DNA from: a virus
Taxonomy: Duplodnaviria > Caudoviricetes
DNA length: 64,000 bases
Reading direction: 5' to 3' (one strand)
Virus record (IMG/VR): IMGVR_UViG_2513237266_000002
Coordinates: 1 to 64,000 of that record
Each line of letters starts with the position of its first letter. Position 1 is the stretch's first letter. Positions 17,609 to 28,811 of the stretch are shown piece by piece. A program made the translations under genes and the position numbers. A model generated the notes under the pieces. That model was not told where the DNA came from. It was given only the letters and a program-made list of their open reading frames with translations, and did no database searches.

Positions 17609-17887
17609 ATGACCAGAATGAGCACCATTTACAGCAGACTTTCATATGGATCAGGAACCACGCTTGCCGGCTGCGGTGTATCAGCGAAGGCATATGCCGA
17701 AACAGCTAAAACAGCAAAAGAGGTGTCCTGGATGTTGGCCGACAGAATTGCAGGGTTAAGCCTGAGTGACTGGGCAATTATTGTCGGTATCGCCTGCACC
17801 GTTATCACCTGTGCAGTGAACTGGTATTACAGGAAAAAGGAAAGGGAGGATCGGCTTAATGGCAATGTCACCAAAGCTGAAGAATAA
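17609..17887 (+). CDS. Holin with dual-start motif (M-T-R-M)
   Basis: TM segment WAIIVGIACTVITCAVNWYY plus charged tail; precedes endolysin. Confidence 0.85.
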   Translation: MTRMSTIYSRLSYGSGTTLAGCGVSAKAYAETAKTAKEVSWMLADRIAGLSLSDWAIIVGIACTVITCAVNWYYRKKEREDRLNGNVTKAEE

Positions 17888-18407
17888 ACTGAGCGCAGCG
17901 GTCGTTGGCTTGATTCTTGCGGGGGCTTCTGCACCTGTGATTCTCGATCAGTTTCTTAATGAGAAAGAGGGTAATAGCCTGACGGCATACCGCGACGGTG
18001 GCGGACTCTGGACCATTTGCCGTGGCGCCACGATGGTTGATGGTAAGCCAGTAGTTCAGGGCATGAGGCTGTCTTCTGAGAAATGCTCCCAGGTAAACGC
18101 CATAGAACGCGACAAAGCGCTGGCGTGGGTTGAGCGAAATATCAAGGTACCACTGACCGAACCACAGAAAGCCGGGATCGCGTCTTTCTGCCCATATAAC
18201 ATCGGCCCCGGAAAATGTTTCCCATCTACGTTCTATAAGCGAATAAATGCTGGCGACCGTAAAGGTGCTTGTGAAGCGATCCGCTGGTGGATTAAAGACG
18301 GTGGCCGCGACTGTCGTCTGACCAAAGGCCAGAAAAACGGCTGCTACGGGCAGGTAGAAAGGCGAGACCAGGAAAGCGCGCTGGCGTGCTGGGGGATAGG
18401 CCAGTGA
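17859..18407 (+). CDS. SAR endolysin (T4-lysozyme-like muramidase)
   Basis: N-terminal SAR segment; EG..AYRD..WTICRG catalytic E-D-T triad. Confidence 0.92.
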   Translation: MAMSPKLKNKLSAAVVGLILAGASAPVILDQFLNEKEGNSLTAYRDGGGLWTICRGATMVDGKPVVQGMRLSSEKCSQVNAIERDKALAWVERNIKVPLTEPQKAGIASFCPYNIGPGKCFPSTFYKRINAGDRKGACEAIRWWIKDGGRDCRLTKGQKNGCYGQVERRDQESALACWGIGQ

Positions 18408-18922
18408 GCCTGCGCTATCAGTTTATTGCCATTTCGTTGCTGGCGGTCGTTGCATTCATCGCCGGTAGCGTATGGAGCAGCCGCGATTGGGAAAAAAAGT
18501 GGGCGGAACGTGACAGCGCGGAATCATCGCAAACAGCGAACGCGCAGACCGCCGCCCGCATGATTGAACAAGGGCGTATTATTGCCCGTGATGAGGCTGT
18601 AAAAGATGCACAAGCACAAGCTGCTAAATCTGCTGCCACTGCTGCTGGCCTGTCTGCCACTGTTAGCCAGCTGCGCACCGAAGCAACAAAGCTTGCCACC
18701 CACCTGGACGCCGCAAAGCACACCGCAGATCTTGCCGCTACCGTCCGAAGCAAAACAACAGACGCCACCGCCGGAATGCTCGCCAACATGCTCGGAGATA
18801 TTGCAGCAGAAGCTAAACGATATGCTGGAATCGCTGACGAACGCTATGCCGCCGGGATGACTTGTGAACGCATTTACGACTCGGTGAGAGAGTCAAACAA
18901 TAAACCTATAGCTTCGCATTAA
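18404..18922 (+). CDS. i-spanin (Rz-like, DUF2514-type)
   Basis: N-terminal TM plus Ala-rich coiled coil; follows endolysin. Confidence 0.85.
   Translation: MSLRYQFIAISLLAVVAFIAGSVWSSRDWEKKWAERDSAESSQTANAQTAARMIEQGRIIARDEAVKDAQAQAAKSAATAAGLSATVSQLRTEATKLATHLDAAKHTADLAATVRSKTTDATAGMLANMLGDIAAEAKRYAGIADERYAAGMTCERIYDSVRESNNKPIASH
18606..18860 (+). CDS. Embedded o-spanin lipoprotein (Rz1-like)
   Basis: Lipobox LASC, Pro-rich, nested in +1 frame of Rz. Confidence 0.8.
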   Translation: MHKHKLLNLLPLLLACLPLLASCAPKQQSLPPTWTPQSTPQILPLPSEAKQQTPPPECSPTCSEILQQKLNDMLESLTNAMPPG

Positions 18923-19066
18923 CGGGGCTTTAGTCGTTACAGTAGGCATTAACTGAGAATCATCAATAATGTAATTCGTATAGAATTATTTTAATAATAA
19001 CAATAACTTGATGTGTTTTTGACTGTGTGTGATTATGTTCCCTCATTGCTGATACTGAGGTGAATT

Positions 19067-19309
19067 ATGATTGATTTGCAAAAGCTGGCTGATTATTTAG
19101 GTTTGACTCTTGATGACCTTGAGGAGTCAGGAATTACCGAAGATGATATTCAGGAAAATCATGGCAATTCAGGCGAAATGCATTATTCGTATTTCTTAGT
19201 AATTCCTGATGATGCCAATTTTGAAATATTGAAGAAAGCTAGCATTCCGTTAAAGCCAGGAGAACTTTTAAATATTTCACGTTGGGAGTTGGAAGCAGAA
19301 ACAGAGTAG
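19067..19309 (+). CDS. Small acidic hypothetical moron protein
   Basis: GAGGTG RBS; 19 D/E vs 5 K/R; terminator 19332-19356. Confidence 0.75.
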   Translation: MIDLQKLADYLGLTLDDLEESGITEDDIQENHGNSGEMHYSYFLVIPDDANFEILKKASIPLKPGELLNISRWELEAETE

Positions 19310-19651
19310 TGCATATGAGGTTATATTCTCTGGCCCTGCATGAGCAGGGCTTTTTATGCGCGCAATGCATTACTGCAAGTGATAATTATTATTTAACTAA
19401 CCCTCCCGGCAGGGTGGCCTGCCACAGGGGGGGCAACGGCGCGGGATTTGGCTGATTTGGTCATGAGTCACCTCTGATTGAGAGTTTACTCACCTAGTCC
19501 CGTGTCCACTAATCGCGGGTAGGATCAGATTGCATTATCTGAATCAGAAGAACACGGTGCACTTCAGCTTGACTGAGCATCCATTAAAGCAGGCATTCGA
19601 TAGTGTCAGTGATAATGCTATTCGCTACAATGACTTCATAGACTATATGAG

Positions 19652-20203
19652 GTGGAAATGGACGCAAACTACATTGCTTATGAAACGTTAGTGGCTAACC
19701 GTGCAGCTGCTGATTGGGCCTTTTGGTCAATGATTGGTACATGGCTTTCGGGGATTGCTACATTTTTAGCCGTTATTACTTCGCTATACATCGCACTGAG
19801 AAATCCCAAGGCGTTTATAGGTGGGCGGGTAAGACTGGGACGAATGTTTTCTGAAGTTGATGATAAGGAAGTCGTAAGGATAACCGTTGTAAATAAGTCG
19901 CTTCATTCAATTAGGATTAAGGCAATTTTTTGGGTTGTTGATGGCGAGAATGAGCTTCAGCAACAGTTCAGGAATCAGGAGTCTGATTCGCTTCCCATTC
20001 GTTTAGAACATGGTGATGAGGCGAATTACCGAATAATTATTAACAATGATGAGAGTTGGCTGAAGAGAATAGCTAAACGACTAAAGGATGAAAATTCGTC
20101 GGTTGAAAAAATGCGGTGTGTTGTAGCGCTCTCAACTGGTGAAAGATACAGGTTAAAAATTGACAAAAGAGTTAAAGCTAAAATTCAGCAGTTTATGAAG
20201 TGA
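19652..20203 (+). CDS. Single-TM membrane moron protein
   Basis: WAFWSMIGTWLSGIATFLAVITSLYIAL TM; AT-rich. Confidence 0.75.
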   Translation: MEMDANYIAYETLVANRAAADWAFWSMIGTWLSGIATFLAVITSLYIALRNPKAFIGGRVRLGRMFSEVDDKEVVRITVVNKSLHSIRIKAIFWVVDGENELQQQFRNQESDSLPIRLEHGDEANYRIIINNDESWLKRIAKRLKDENSSVEKMRCVVALSTGERYRLKIDKRVKAKIQQFMK

Positions 20204-20349
20204 CCACTCAAAAATAGCCGCCTCTGTGCTGAATTTTATTGCCACCACAAAGGCATTATCATAGGCACTCAGTGAATGCCTGCGATAATGCTTTACTAAA
20301 CATTTATCCGTTTTATCCTGATAGCTCTTGAATACAAGGAGTTTGGGTA

Positions 20350-20553
20350 ATGAAATTTCTTTGGGTTATTTGCATTATTTGTGGAGTTATTGGATTTGTG
20401 CAGGGGATTGTTGGGGTGTTCGGCGCAGTTAGCGCTCCTCAGCAGGCAGCTGGTGCAGCAATGGGCGTCGCATGGGCGGTAATTCCATATTGCATCTGTC
20501 GTGCTATCCAGCAGATGAGACCTCAAGAAGTCGTAATTAAAAAAGTCGATTAA
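20350..20553 (+). CDS. Small two-TM membrane protein
   Basis: AAGGAG RBS; two hydrophobic helices; terminator 20581-20604. Confidence 0.75.
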   Translation: MKFLWVICIICGVIGFVQGIVGVFGAVSAPQQAAGAAMGVAWAVIPYCICRAIQQMRPQEVVIKKVD

Positions 20554-20645
20554 TTGTTGTCATTTGTCATGGGCTGAAGGACCCCGCGGCAGCGGGGTTT
20601 TTTTGTAGCATCACAATGTGCAGAGCCATCGTAATAGCAATGTTG

Positions 20646-20759
20646 TCATACCAATGGAACGCCAGTAAGCCTGAAATGAATCAGGCTCAGAATAAACCAC
20701 AGTATCGTTGCTGTTGCAGGGGCAAACAGAATTGTAACCAAGATATTGGAAGCTTCCAT
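20646..20759 (-). CDS. 37-aa hydrophobic peptide, not in ORF track
   Basis: AAGGAGA RBS; MEASNILVTILFAPATATILWFILSLIHFRLTGVPLV. Confidence 0.55.
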   Translation of the reverse strand: MEASNILVTILFAPATATILWFILSLIHFRLTGVPLV

Positions 20760-21140
20760 AATTTCTCCTTTTTATACATTGAGGGAGATAGCCTCGAATT
20801 GAGGTTATCTATTGTAGTGTTTAATGATTTTTTATATTAAATTCATGGTATTGCGGGAGAATGCGTTTTCTCCTTCTAAAGTCCGCCCTTAATCAATTAG
20901 GTAGCTCGAACTAGCTAGTGAGCATGCTTCTCCAGTAGTGAGTCGTAATTGCTTGTGGTCTCTTAAGTCGCCACTTGAATTGGGTTGAAAATGGTTTAAT
21001 CGCGGAACGAATTTCAAATCAATGAGGTTGAAATACTGGTTATCAGAGGGGAGTTGGTGTCCAACATGTTGGACGGGAAACAGAAAGAAAAACAGGCTTC
21101 TAACAACAGATTGATGTAATTGATATTCATTATCGTTTAC

Positions 21141-21336
21141 GGGTCCTTTCCGGCGATCCGGCCTGTTACGGGGCGGCGACCTCGCAGATTCTCGCTATTT
21201 ATGAAAATTTTCAGGCATTTGCCGTTTCCGTTCTTCTTCTCGCTAATTCATTGTTTTAACTGTAAACACCCCCTGAAAAGAAAGGAAATGATAAGCCTTA
21301 AAAACGGCTAAATAGCCAGAGGGCGTTTCCTTTCTC
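21141..21336 (+). other. cos: Lambda-type cos (cosQ, cosN, cosB)
   Basis: GGGTCCT 21141-21147; GGGCGGCGACCT 21171-21182 matches the lambda cohesive end; R-site-like GCGTTTCC elements. Confidence 0.95.
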
Positions 21337-21359
21337 TGTTTTTGTGTATGGAGTGAGCT

Positions 21360-21905
21360 ATGGAGGTCAACAAAAAGCGTCTTTCTGAAATATTTGGGGT
21401 CAGCGTGCGAACCATTCAGAACTGGCAGGATCAGGGAATGCCTGTAGCACGTGGCGGTGGAAAAGGTAATGAGGTCCTCTATGAATCTTCCGCGGCTATC
21501 GAATGGTATTCCGCACGCGACGCGGCGATTGAGAATGAGAAATTACGGAAGGAGGTTGAAGACCTTCGTCTTGCATCGGAATCCGACCTTCAGCCTGGTA
21601 CGATTGACTATGAGCGTCACCGCCTCACCCGAGCGCAGGCAGATGCCCAGGAACTAAAAAATGCAAAAGATTCCGCTGAGGTGGTGGAAACCGCATTCTG
21701 CACGTTCGTGCTGTCGCGGATGGCCGGAGAAGTAGCCAGCATTCTTGATGGAGTTCCTCTGTCGGTTCAGCGGCGCTTCCCGGAGCTGGAAAACCGACAT
21801 ATTGATTTCCTCAAGAAGGACATCATTAAAGCCATGAACAAAGCAGCTGCGCTGGATGAAATAATACCGGGGTTGCTGAGTGAATATATCGAACAGTCAG
21901 GTTAA
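21360..21905 (+). CDS. nu1: Terminase small subunit
   Basis: MEVNKKRLSEIFGVSVRTIQNWQDQGMP, lambda gpNu1-like. Confidence 0.96.
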   Translation: MEVNKKRLSEIFGVSVRTIQNWQDQGMPVARGGGKGNEVLYESSAAIEWYSARDAAIENEKLRKEVEDLRLASESDLQPGTIDYERHRLTRAQADAQELKNAKDSAEVVETAFCTFVLSRMAGEVASILDGVPLSVQRRFPELENRHIDFLKKDIIKAMNKAAALDEIIPGLLSEYIEQSG

Positions 21906-23802
21906 GGGGCTGCAGCACTCTGCGCGCGCGGGTCTACTTTCGCTGTACCGACCTGAGCCGCAAACGGCGGTTGAATGGGCAGACGATAATTACTATCTCC
22001 CCAAAGAGTCGGCCTACCAGGAAGGACGCTGGGAAACGTTGCCGTTTCAACGCGCGATCATGAATGCGATGGGTAACGATTACATACGTGAGGTCAACGT
22101 TGTTAAGTCTGCCCGTGTTGGCTATTCAAAAATGTTGCTGGGTGTTTATGCGTATTTTATTCAGCACAAGCAGCGAAATTCCCTTATCTGGCTGCCCACT
22201 GATGGTGACGCCGAAAACTTCATGAAGTCGCATGTTGAACCAACGATCCGCGATATTCCGTCACTTCTGGCGCTGGCCCCCTGGTATGGAAAAAAGCACC
22301 GGGACAATACGCTCAGTATGAAACGCTTCTCCAACGGTCGCGGGTTCTGGTGTCTGGGTGGTAAAGCGGCGAAAAACTATCGTGAGAAATCGGTCGATGT
22401 CGCCGGTTACGATGAACTGGCGGCATTCGATGAAGATATTGAGAAAGAGGGTTCCCCGACGTTCCTGGGTGATAAACGTATTGAGGGCTCTGTCTGGCCT
22501 AAATCTATTCGTGGTTCAACGCCAAAAACAAAGGGGACCTGCCAGATTGAGCGTGCTGCCAGCGAATCCGGGCATTTCATGCGTTTTCATGTTGCCTGTC
22601 CGCACTGTGGTGAAGAGCAGTACCTGAAGTTCGGCGACAAAGAAACCCCGTTCGGGTTCAAATGGACACCTGGCGATCCCTCCAGCGTCTTTTACCTGTG
22701 TGAACATAATGCCTGCGTCATTAAGCAGCAGGAGCTGGATTTCAGTGAAGCTCGTTACATCTGTGACACCACCGGGATCTGGACGCGTGATGGTTTATCC
22801 TGGTTTTCATCAACAGGCACCGAAATCGACCCGCCAGACAGCGTGACGTTTCACATCTGGACGGCATACAGCCCGTTTACCACCTGGGTACAGATCGTCA
22901 AAGACTGGCTAAAAACGAAAGGGGATACCGGAAAGCGTAAAACCTTCGTGAACACCACTCTGGGCGAAACATGGGAGCCTAAAATTGGTGAACGGCCTGA
23001 CGCGGAGCTCATGGCCGAACGCAAAGAGTTTTTTGGGGCATCCGTACCGGATCGTGTTGCTTATCTGACAGCCGGGATTGACTCACAGCTGGATCGATAT
23101 GAAATGCGCGTCTGGGGATGGGGACCCGGAGAGGAAAGCTGGCTGATTGACCGGCAAATCATTATGGGCCGTCATGATGATGAAGCGACCCTCGTCAGGG
23201 TGGACGAGGCGATTAACAAAACCTACCCCCGAAAGAATGGCGTGGAAATGTCGGTATCCCGTATCTGCTGGGATATCGGCGGTATTGACCCCACCATTGT
23301 CTACAATCGCTCAAAAAAGCATGGCCTGTTTCGCGTGATCCCGATTAAAGGGGCTTCCGTTTACGGCAAGCCCGTCGCGAATATGCCGCGTAAACGCAAC
23401 AAGAACGGCGTTTATCTTACGGAAGTGGGTACTGATACCGCAAAGGAGCAGATTTATAACCGCTTCACACTTCAGCCGGAAGGGAGTGATCCTCTTGCCG
23501 GTGCCGTGCATTTCCCCAATAACCCCGAAATTTACGATCTGGCTGAGGCACAGCAGCTTACTGCTGAGGAGCAGGTTGAAAAATGGGTGGACGGGCGTAA
23601 GAAAATCGTCTGGGACAGCAAAAAGCGACGAAATGAGGCGCTGGACTGCTTCGTGTATGCGCTGGCGGCCCTGCGGATCAGTATTTCGCGATGGCAACTG
23701 AATCTTGATTCACTGCTCGCGAGCCTGCTGGAGGAAGAGGGGGGGCGGACCAATAACAAAACCCTGGCTGATTATGCCCGGGCATTATCTGGAGATGAAT
23801 AA
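21880..23802 (+). CDS. A: Terminase large subunit
   Basis: MNISNSQV..., [12 protein letters not shown], lambda gpA-like. Confidence 0.96.
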   Translation: MNISNSQVKGLQHSARAGLLSLYRPEPQTAVEWADDNYYLPKESAYQEGRWETLPFQRAIMNAMGNDYIREVNVVKSARVGYSKMLLGVYAYFIQHKQRNSLIWLPTDGDAENFMKSHVEPTIRDIPSLLALAPWYGKKHRDNTLSMKRFSNGRGFWCLGGKAAKNYREKSVDVAGYDELAAFDEDIEKEGSPTFLGDKRIEGSVWPKSIRGSTPKTKGTCQIERAASESGHFMRFHVACPHCGEEQYLKFGDKETPFGFKWTPGDPSSVFYLCEHNACVIKQQELDFSEARYICDTTGIWTRDGLSWFSSTGTEIDPPDSVTFHIWTAYSPFTTWVQIVKDWLKTKGDTGKRKTFVNTTLGETWEPKIGERPDAELMAERKEFFGASVPDRVAYLTAGIDSQLDRYEMRVWGWGPGEESWLIDRQIIMGRHDDEATLVRVDEAINKTYPRKNGVEMSVSRICWDIGGIDPTIVYNRSKKHGLFRVIPIKGASVYGKPVANMPRKRNKNGVYLTEVGTDTAKEQIYNRFTLQPEGSDPLAGAVHFPNNPEIYDLAEAQQLTAEEQVEKWVDGRKKIVWDSKKRRNEALDCFVYALAALRISISRWQLNLDSLLASLLEEEGGRTNNKTLADYARALSGDE

Positions 23803-24008
23803 TGGCGACACAGACTGATCTGGATGCCGCCCGTGCTGCGTTGCATGACCTCATGATGGGAAAGCGGGTGGCAACGGTGCAAAAAGACGGCCGGCGGGTT
23901 GAGTTCACTGCGACTTCAGTCAGTGACCTGAAGAAATACATTGCCGAACTTGAGTCACAGGTTGGCACCACTCCACGACGCCGGGGACCGGCAGGATTTT
24001 ACGCATGA
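23802..24008 (+). CDS. W: Head-tail joining protein gpW
   Basis: [28 protein letters not shown]. Confidence 0.95.
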   Translation: MATQTDLDAARAALHDLMMGKRVATVQKDGRRVEFTATSVSDLKKYIAELESQVGTTPRRRGPAGFYA

Positions 24009-25597
24009 AAACACCTGCTTTGTTAGGACCGGACGGTAAAACCGCTCTGCGGGATTATGCCGGATATCATGGCGGTGCTGGTGGCTTTGGCGGTCAGCTC
24101 CGCGCCTGGAATCCACCGAGTGAAAGCGCAGATGCTGCGTTATTGCCTAATTTTTCCCGTGGTAACGCGCGCGCTGACGATCTGGTCCGCAATAACGGTT
24201 ATGCGGCAAACGCGGTACAGCTCCATCAGGACCACATTGTCGGATCGTTTTTCCGGCTCAGTTATCGCCCCAGCTGGCGTTTTCTGGGCATTGGAGAGGA
24301 AGAGGCCCGGGCGTTCTCCCGTGAAGTTGAGGCGGCCTGGAAAGAATTTGCGGAGGATGATTGCTGCTGCATTGATGCGGAACGTAAGCGTACATTCACC
24401 ATGATGATCCGCGAGGGTGTTTCCATGCATGCGTTTAACGGTGAGTTATGTGCACAGGCCACCTGGGACAGTGATTCCACGCGTCTTTTCCGCACACAGT
24501 TCAAAATGGTTAGCCCAAAACGCATCAGCAACCCCAATAACGCCGGAGACACGCGAAACTGCCGGGCAGGTGTCAGAACAAATGACAGTGGCGCCGCGCT
24601 GGGATATTACGTCAGCGAGGATGGCTATCCGGGGTGGATGGCGCAGAAGTGGACCTACATCCCGCGTGAACTGCCCGGCGGGCGGCCTTCCTTTATCCAC
24701 GTGTTTGAACCTCTGGAAGATGGGCAGACACGCGGTGCCAACGTGTTTTACAGCGTCATGGAGCAAATGAAAATGCTCGATACGCTGCAGAATACGCAGC
24801 TCCAGAGCGCGATTGTCAAGGCGATGTATGCCGCCACGATTGAAAGTGAGCTGGATACGCAAACCGCGATGGACTTTATTCTCGGCTCAGACAGTAAAGA
24901 GCAGCAAAGCAAGATGACCGGCTGGCTGGGGGAGATGGCCTCGTACTATACCGCGGCGCCGGTTCGTCTCGGGGGCGCGAAGGTGCCGCATCTGATGCCG
25001 GGCGACTCCCTGAATCTTCAGTCAGCGCAGGACACTGACAACGGCTATTCGACGTTTGAACAATCTCTGCTGCGCTACATTGCTGCAGGGCTGGGGGTGT
25101 CGTATGAGCAACTCTCTCGCAACTATTCGCAGATGAGTTATTCCACCGCCCGCGCCAGTGCTAACGAGTCCTGGGCGTACTTTATGGGGCGTCGCAAATT
25201 TGTTGCCTCCCGCCAGGCCTGTCAGATGTTTTTATGCTGGCTGGAAGAGGCCATTGTCCGCCGCGTGGTGACATTACCGTCTAAAGCCCGGTTCAGTTTT
25301 CAGGAGGCGAGAAGCGCCTGGGGAAATGCTGACTGGATCGGCTCCGGGCGAATGGCCATTGACGGACTGAAGGAGGTGCAGGAGGCCGTCATGCTCATTG
25401 AGGCGGGGCTGAGCACCTATGAGAAGGAATGCGCCAAACGCGGGGAAGACTATCAGGAAATCTTTGCCCAGCAGGTTCGTGAAACGATGGAGCGCCGCGC
25501 TGCGGGACTTAAACCGCCAGCGTGGGCGGCTTCGGCCTTTGAGTCTGGACTGAAAAAATCGAATGAGGAGGGGACCGATGACGCCAGAGCTGCGTAA
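24005..25597 (+). CDS. B: Portal protein
   Basis: Lambda gpB-like ([18 protein letters not shown]). Confidence 0.95.
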   Translation: MKTPALLGPDGKTALRDYAGYHGGAGGFGGQLRAWNPPSESADAALLPNFSRGNARADDLVRNNGYAANAVQLHQDHIVGSFFRLSYRPSWRFLGIGEEEARAFSREVEAAWKEFAEDDCCCIDAERKRTFTMMIREGVSMHAFNGELCAQATWDSDSTRLFRTQFKMVSPKRISNPNNAGDTRNCRAGVRTNDSGAALGYYVSEDGYPGWMAQKWTYIPRELPGGRPSFIHVFEPLEDGQTRGANVFYSVMEQMKMLDTLQNTQLQSAIVKAMYAATIESELDTQTAMDFILGSDSKEQQSKMTGWLGEMASYYTAAPVRLGGAKVPHLMPGDSLNLQSAQDTDNGYSTFEQSLLRYIAAGLGVSYEQLSRNYSQMSYSTARASANESWAYFMGRRKFVASRQACQMFLCWLEEAIVRRVVTLPSKARFSFQEARSAWGNADWIGSGRMAIDGLKEVQEAVMLIEAGLSTYEKECAKRGEDYQEIFAQQVRETMERRAAGLKPPAWAASAFESGLKKSNEEGTDDARAA

Positions 25598-26915
25598 TCT
25601 CCCGCACATTGCCAGTATGGCTTTCAATGAGCCGCTTTTACTTGAACCCGCCTATGCGCGGGTTTTCTTTTGCGCGCTCGCTGGTCAGTTAGGTATCACC
25701 CGTCTGACCGACACCGTGTCGGGCGTTACACTTGGCGCAGAGCAGATGGCTGAACCGCTGACACTCTTTGGTGATGATGAGGAAATGGGGCCAAAGCCGG
25801 CGCGTAGCTACCAGATCACTGATGGTATCGCGGTGCTGCCTGTTTCCGGGACGCTGGTCAGTAAAACCCGCTCACTCCAGCCGTATTCGGGGATGACGGG
25901 GTACAACGGCATCATCGCCCGCCTCCAGCAGGCAATCAGCGATCCGGGTGTAGACGGTATTCTTCTTGATATGGATACGCCAGGTGGAATGGTGGCGGGT
26001 GCCTTTGACTGTGCGGACATCATCGCCCGCATGCGGGATATCAAACCCATCTGGGCGTTAGCCAACGATATGAACTGCAGCGCTGGCCAGCTGATTGCCA
26101 GTGCGGCATCACGTCGGCTTGTGACGCAGACGGCCAGAACGGGATCCATCGGGGTCATGATGGCCCACAGCAATTACGGCGCCGCCCTTAAAACCAGCGG
26201 CGTTGAGGTCACGTTGATTTACAGCGGCGATCACAAGGTGGACGGGAACCCCTACGAGAAATTACCCAAAGAGGTACGCGCAGATTTTCAGGCGCGTATC
26301 GACGCTACCCGGCAGATGTTCGCTGAAAAGGTGGCGGGTTATACCGGCATGTCGGTTCAGGCCGTTCTTGATACTGAAGCCGCTGTGTTTTCAGGCCAGG
26401 AATCAGTTGACAACGGCCTGGCGGAGCAGCTGGTCAACAACATGGATGCGCTGAACGTTATGCGCGATGCAATTAACAAACGAACGATGATTTCCCGAGG
26501 AGGAAGCATGAAAGGTACTACTGCATCCGCAGATACCACTCAACCAGCAGCATCTGCTGACCAGACCGTGACCACCGTTGACGTGCCTGCTGCGGTCGTT
26601 ACTGACCCTGCAGCGGGCGCAACTGTTGATATCAGCAGCCAGGTGGCAGCGGCGGTCGCAGCCGAAAACGGTCGCATTATGGGGATCCTGAACTGTGAAG
26701 AGGCGAAAGGGCGTGAATCACAGGCGCGCGCGCTGGCGGAAACGCCCGGGATGACGGTGGAAAGTGCCCAGCGCATCCTTGCCGCGGCTCCTCTGAGTGC
26801 TCAGGCGCGTACGGATACCGCGCTGGATCGTCTGATGGAAACCGCACCCGGCACCGTAACGGCAGGTAACGCTTCTGCTGAGGCGGGTGACGATTTGTTA
26901 AATACGCCTGTTTAA
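25578..26915 (+). CDS. C: S49 head maturation protease
   Basis: LDMDTPGGMV, CSAGQLIAS, TGSIGV. Confidence 0.93.
   Translation: MTPELRNLPHIASMAFNEPLLLEPAYARVFFCALAGQLGITRLTDTVSGVTLGAEQMAEPLTLFGDDEEMGPKPARSYQITDGIAVLPVSGTLVSKTRSLQPYSGMTGYNGIIARLQQAISDPGVDGILLDMDTPGGMVAGAFDCADIIARMRDIKPIWALANDMNCSAGQLIASAASRRLVTQTARTGSIGVMMAHSNYGAALKTSGVEVTLIYSGDHKVDGNPYEKLPKEVRADFQARIDATRQMFAEKVAGYTGMSVQAVLDTEAAVFSGQESVDNGLAEQLVNNMDALNVMRDAINKRTMISRGGSMKGTTASADTTQPAASADQTVTTVDVPAAVVTDPAAGATVDISSQVAAAVAAENGRIMGILNCEEAKGRESQARALAETPGMTVESAQRILAAAPLSAQARTDTALDRLMETAPGTVTAGNASAEAGDDLLNTPV
26508..26915 (+). CDS. nu3: Scaffold protein from in-frame internal start in C
   Basis: GGAGG RBS then in-frame ATG at 26508, as in lambda. 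Confidence 0.75.
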   Translation: MKGTTASADTTQPAASADQTVTTVDVPAAVVTDPAAGATVDISSQVAAAVAAENGRIMGILNCEEAKGRESQARALAETPGMTVESAQRILAAAPLSAQARTDTALDRLMETAPGTVTAGNASAEAGDDLLNTPV

Positions 26916-26924
26916 GAGGTCAAC

Positions 26925-27257
26925 ATGTCTAACACTGAACAATTTACGCACAATCAGCCCCTCGGGAACAGTGATCCGGCGCATACCGGTTTTGCACCTG
27001 GTGAACTGACGAAAGCAGTACCGGCGATGACGCCCCTGATGCTGGATGCCACTTCCGGCAAGCTGACCGTCTGGGATGGCCAGCATGCGGGGGCTGCCTG
27101 TGGCGTTCTGGCGGTGTCTGCCGACCAGAGCAGCACTGAGCTGGCATTCTATAAGTCCGGCTCTTTCCGTATTGAAGATGTACTCTGGCCGGATGCGGTG
27201 ACGGATGAACACATCAAACGCAACGCATTCGCAGGTACAGCCATCAGTATCGTCTGA
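26925..27257 (+). CDS. D: Head decoration protein
   Basis: [24 protein letters not shown]. Confidence 0.93.
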   Translation: MSNTEQFTHNQPLGNSDPAHTGFAPGELTKAVPAMTPLMLDATSGKLTVWDGQHAGAACGVLAVSADQSSTELAFYKSGSFRIEDVLWPDAVTDEHIKRNAFAGTAISIV

Positions 27258-27324
27258 CATCCGACTTAACACTAACCATCATCCACAGAAGCCGCCATCG
27301 CGGCTTTTTTTACGGGAAACATCT

Positions 27325-28350
27325 ATGTCAATTTACACAACGGCCCAACTGTTGGCGGTCAATGAGAAGAAATTCAAGTTCGATCCGCTTTTCCTGCGTA
27401 TCTTCTTCCGTGAAAGCTACCCTTTCAGCACTGAGAAGGTGTATCTGTCGCAAATTCCGGGCATGGTCAACATGGCGCTGTACGTCTCGCCTGTTATTTC
27501 CGGCAAGGTTATCCGCTCCCGCGGCGGCGCAACGTCAGAGTTTACGCCGGGTTACGTCAAGCCCAAGCACGAGGTAAACCCGCAGATGACGCTGCGCCGC
27601 CTGCCGGATGAAGACCCGCAAAATCTGGCTGACCCGGCCTACCGCCGCCGTCGCATTATCCTGCAGAACATGAAGGATGAAGAACTGGCGATTGCTCAGG
27701 TGGAAGAGAAACAGGCTGTGGCTGCTGTTCTCAACGGTAAATACACCATGACCGGCGAAGCGTTTGAACCTGTTGAGGTGGATATGGGACGCAGTGCCGG
27801 AAACAACATCATCCAGGCAGGTGCTGCGGCATGGAGCACCCGCGACAAAGAAACCTATGATCCCACTGACGATATTGAAACCTATGCGCTGAACGCCAGC
27901 GGCGTGGTCAATATTATCGTCTTTGATCCGAAGGGCTGGGCGTTGTTCCGTTCATTCAAAGCGGTAAAAGAGAAGCTCGACACCCGTCGCGGTTCTAACT
28001 CTGAACTGGAAACGGCGCTGAAGGATCTGGGTGAAGCGGTCTCCTATAAGGGAATGTATGGCGATGTGGCCATTGTCGTTTACTCCGGGCAATACATTGA
28101 AGACGACACCAAAAAGAACTACCTGCCGGATTTGAGCATGGTGCTGGGTAATACCCAGGCGCGCGGTTTGCGCACCTACGGCTGCATTCAGGATGTTGAT
28201 GCCCAGCGTGAAGGCATTAACGCTTCCACGCGTTATCCGAAAAACTGGGTACAGACAGGCGATCCGGCGCGTGAGTTCACCATGATCCAGTCTGCACCAC
28301 TGATGCTGCTGGCTGACCCGGATGCGTTCGTGTCTGTCAAACTCGCCTGA
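27325..28350 (+). CDS. E: Major capsid protein
   Basis: MSIYTTAQLLAVNEKKFKFDPLFLRIFF. Confidence 0.96.
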   Translation: MSIYTTAQLLAVNEKKFKFDPLFLRIFFRESYPFSTEKVYLSQIPGMVNMALYVSPVISGKVIRSRGGATSEFTPGYVKPKHEVNPQMTLRRLPDEDPQNLADPAYRRRRIILQNMKDEELAIAQVEEKQAVAAVLNGKYTMTGEAFEPVEVDMGRSAGNNIIQAGAAAWSTRDKETYDPTDDIETYALNASGVVNIIVFDPKGWALFRSFKAVKEKLDTRRGSNSELETALKDLGEAVSYKGMYGDVAIVVYSGQYIEDDTKKNYLPDLSMVLGNTQARGLRTYGCIQDVDAQREGINASTRYPKNWVQTGDPAREFTMIQSAPLMLLADPDAFVSVKLA

Positions 28351-28395
28351 TGTCCATTCTGTGGCCCTGCGGGGCCCTGTTCCGGAGTTGTTCTT

Positions 28396-28800
28396 ATGAC
28401 AGAAAAAGAAAAGTTGATTGCGCGGCTTAATGAGCTTGGCGCGCAGCTTGGTCGGGAAGTGAATACCAGTGGCACCATTCAGGAGCTCTCTATGCGCATT
28501 GCGGAGCTGGAGGAAGAACTGGATGAAGGCACGGATACCGATAGTGTTGAAAATGGTGGCGTGAGTGATGGTAGTGCATCCACCGGCGCCGTAGACCCCG
28601 TGCCGCCAGTGGATACTGTATTAAGCGGTAGAACAGATGACGCGCTGACGGCAGTCGAAACGCTGGCCACGCTGCACATTGAGGCGCTGCACGCGACCCG
28701 CGATGAACGGGTATCTATTGTGGAGGCGGGGACCGTGATCCGCGTGACAGAAGCGGATGCGGACAGCCTGGTTGCACTTGGGCTGGTCCGCGAGCACTAA
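28396..28800 (+). CDS. FI: DNA packaging protein FI
   Basis: LIARLNELGAQLGREV; position. Confidence 0.85.
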   Translation: MTEKEKLIARLNELGAQLGREVNTSGTIQELSMRIAELEEELDEGTDTDSVENGGVSDGSASTGAVDPVPPVDTVLSGRTDDALTAVETLATLHIEALHATRDERVSIVEAGTVIRVTEADADSLVALGLVREH

Positions 28801-28811
28801 CAGGGGGCTGT

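Noticed and set aside
20616-20840. 74-aa plus-strand ORF
   Set aside because: No RBS; the opposite-strand 37-aa ORF has a strong RBS and a coherent TM.
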